64,000 bases of DNA. Origin: Eledone cirrhosa (Eukaryota). Positions within the stretch are counted from its first letter, which is position 1, and every line of letters begins with the position of its first letter. The notes beneath the pieces were generated by a model. It searched no databases, was not told the DNA's origin, and worked only from the letters and a program-made list of their open reading frames with translations. Of this stretch, positions 63,286 through 64,000 are shown one piece after another. Location of the stretch: NCBI GenBank assembly GCA_964016885.1, contig OZ024740.1, positions 275,590,001 through 275,654,000 on the forward strand, in the 5' to 3' direction. Made by a program: the position numbers and the translations under genes.

Positions 63286-64000
63286 ATGGATGGACGGACG
63301 GACTGCGGAATCCTGGAGAGTGGAAGGGAGAGAAAAATCTGGACGCTCAGAGCGAAAATGCCAAAGTTAAAGTCAAATTCACCTCGTGGACGAGAATGCG
63401 AGCACTCCTCTTTGTTTCGTCCGCGGATGGCTAACATAACCCTATCTCCTCCCGCCCCCCACCACCCCCACCCTCCAAACGCAACCCAAAACTTCAGAGT
63501 TGGTACCATAAATGTAGGCACCCTAAAGGGTCGCGCTAACGAGGTTGTAGAAATGCTTGAACGTAAGGAGGTCGATGTTTGTTGTATTCAAGAGACCAGG
63601 TGGAGGGGTGGGTCTGCTAGATTCATTGAGGGTAAAAAACGATGTTATAAGCTTTTCTGGGTGGGAAACGACGATGGGCTGGGTGGAGTAGGAATCATGG
63701 TAGCAGAAAAGTGGGCAGATAAGATAATAGACGTAAATAGAGTGAACGACAGAATAATTAAAATAAGACTTGTCCTCAATAGAACTACGGTGACAGTAAT
63801 ATCTGCGTACGCACCCCAATCCGGACTGCCCGGCACTATAAAAGACAGATTCTATGAGACACTGTTGCTAACTACCTCCCAAATATCTGACAGTGACTAT
63901 ATAATTATTGCAGGCGACCTAAATGGTCACGTTGGACAACATTGTGACGGCTACGACGAAATCCATGGAGGCTATGGGTTTGGTACTAGAAATGAGGAAG
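63286..64000 (+). CDS. RTE LINE ORF N-terminus (APE domain), open to the window end; start could be 63286, 63358 or 63427
   Basis: Manual translation: RVGTINVGTL...CIQETRW...GVGIMV...ISAYAPQ...AGDLNGHVG...GYGFGTRNEE with no stop. Absent from the ORF track because it runs off the window. Confidence 0.9.
   Translation, partial: MDGRTDCGILESGRERKIWTLRAKMPKLKSNSPRGRECEHSSLFRPRMANITLSPPAPHHPHPPNATQNFRVGTINVGTLKGRANEVVEMLERKEVDVCCIQETRWRGGSARFIEGKKRCYKLFWVGNDDGLGGVGIMVAEKWADKIIDVNRVNDRIIKIRLVLNRTTVTVISAYAPQSGLPGTIKDRFYETLLLTTSQISDSDYIIIAGDLNGHVGQHCDGYDEIHGGYGFGTRNEE

Overview
Eukaryotic, AT-rich, microsatellite-saturated DNA made almost entirely of transposable elements. I found no convincing host gene. 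The repeat repertoire (tRNA-headed Meta-type SINEs, RTE LINEs with (GAT)n tails, long (TA)n tracts) looks like an octopus/coleoid genome; this is my inference and is not verified. Main contents: (1) at least seven L1-clade Tx1-type LINE copies. One has an intact 1145-aa ORF2 (APE-RT-CCHC). One subgroup is inserted at AGATA sites in GATA-type repeats, including twice in a single very homogeneous 52-bp satellite; a sister subgroup sits in (AAT)n. (2) About 15 complete or degenerate type I hammerhead ribozyme motifs from several Penelope-like families, many in ORF-less foldback palindromes with one ribozyme on each strand, plus one Penelope RT/GIY-YIG remnant. (3) Many RTE fragments and one open RTE ORF running off the window end, SINE chains, non-autonomous Helitrons, MITEs, a CRE-like fragment and several satellites. 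Most long ORFs in the supplied track are microsatellite artefacts. Boundaries of degenerate elements were read by eye and are approximate.
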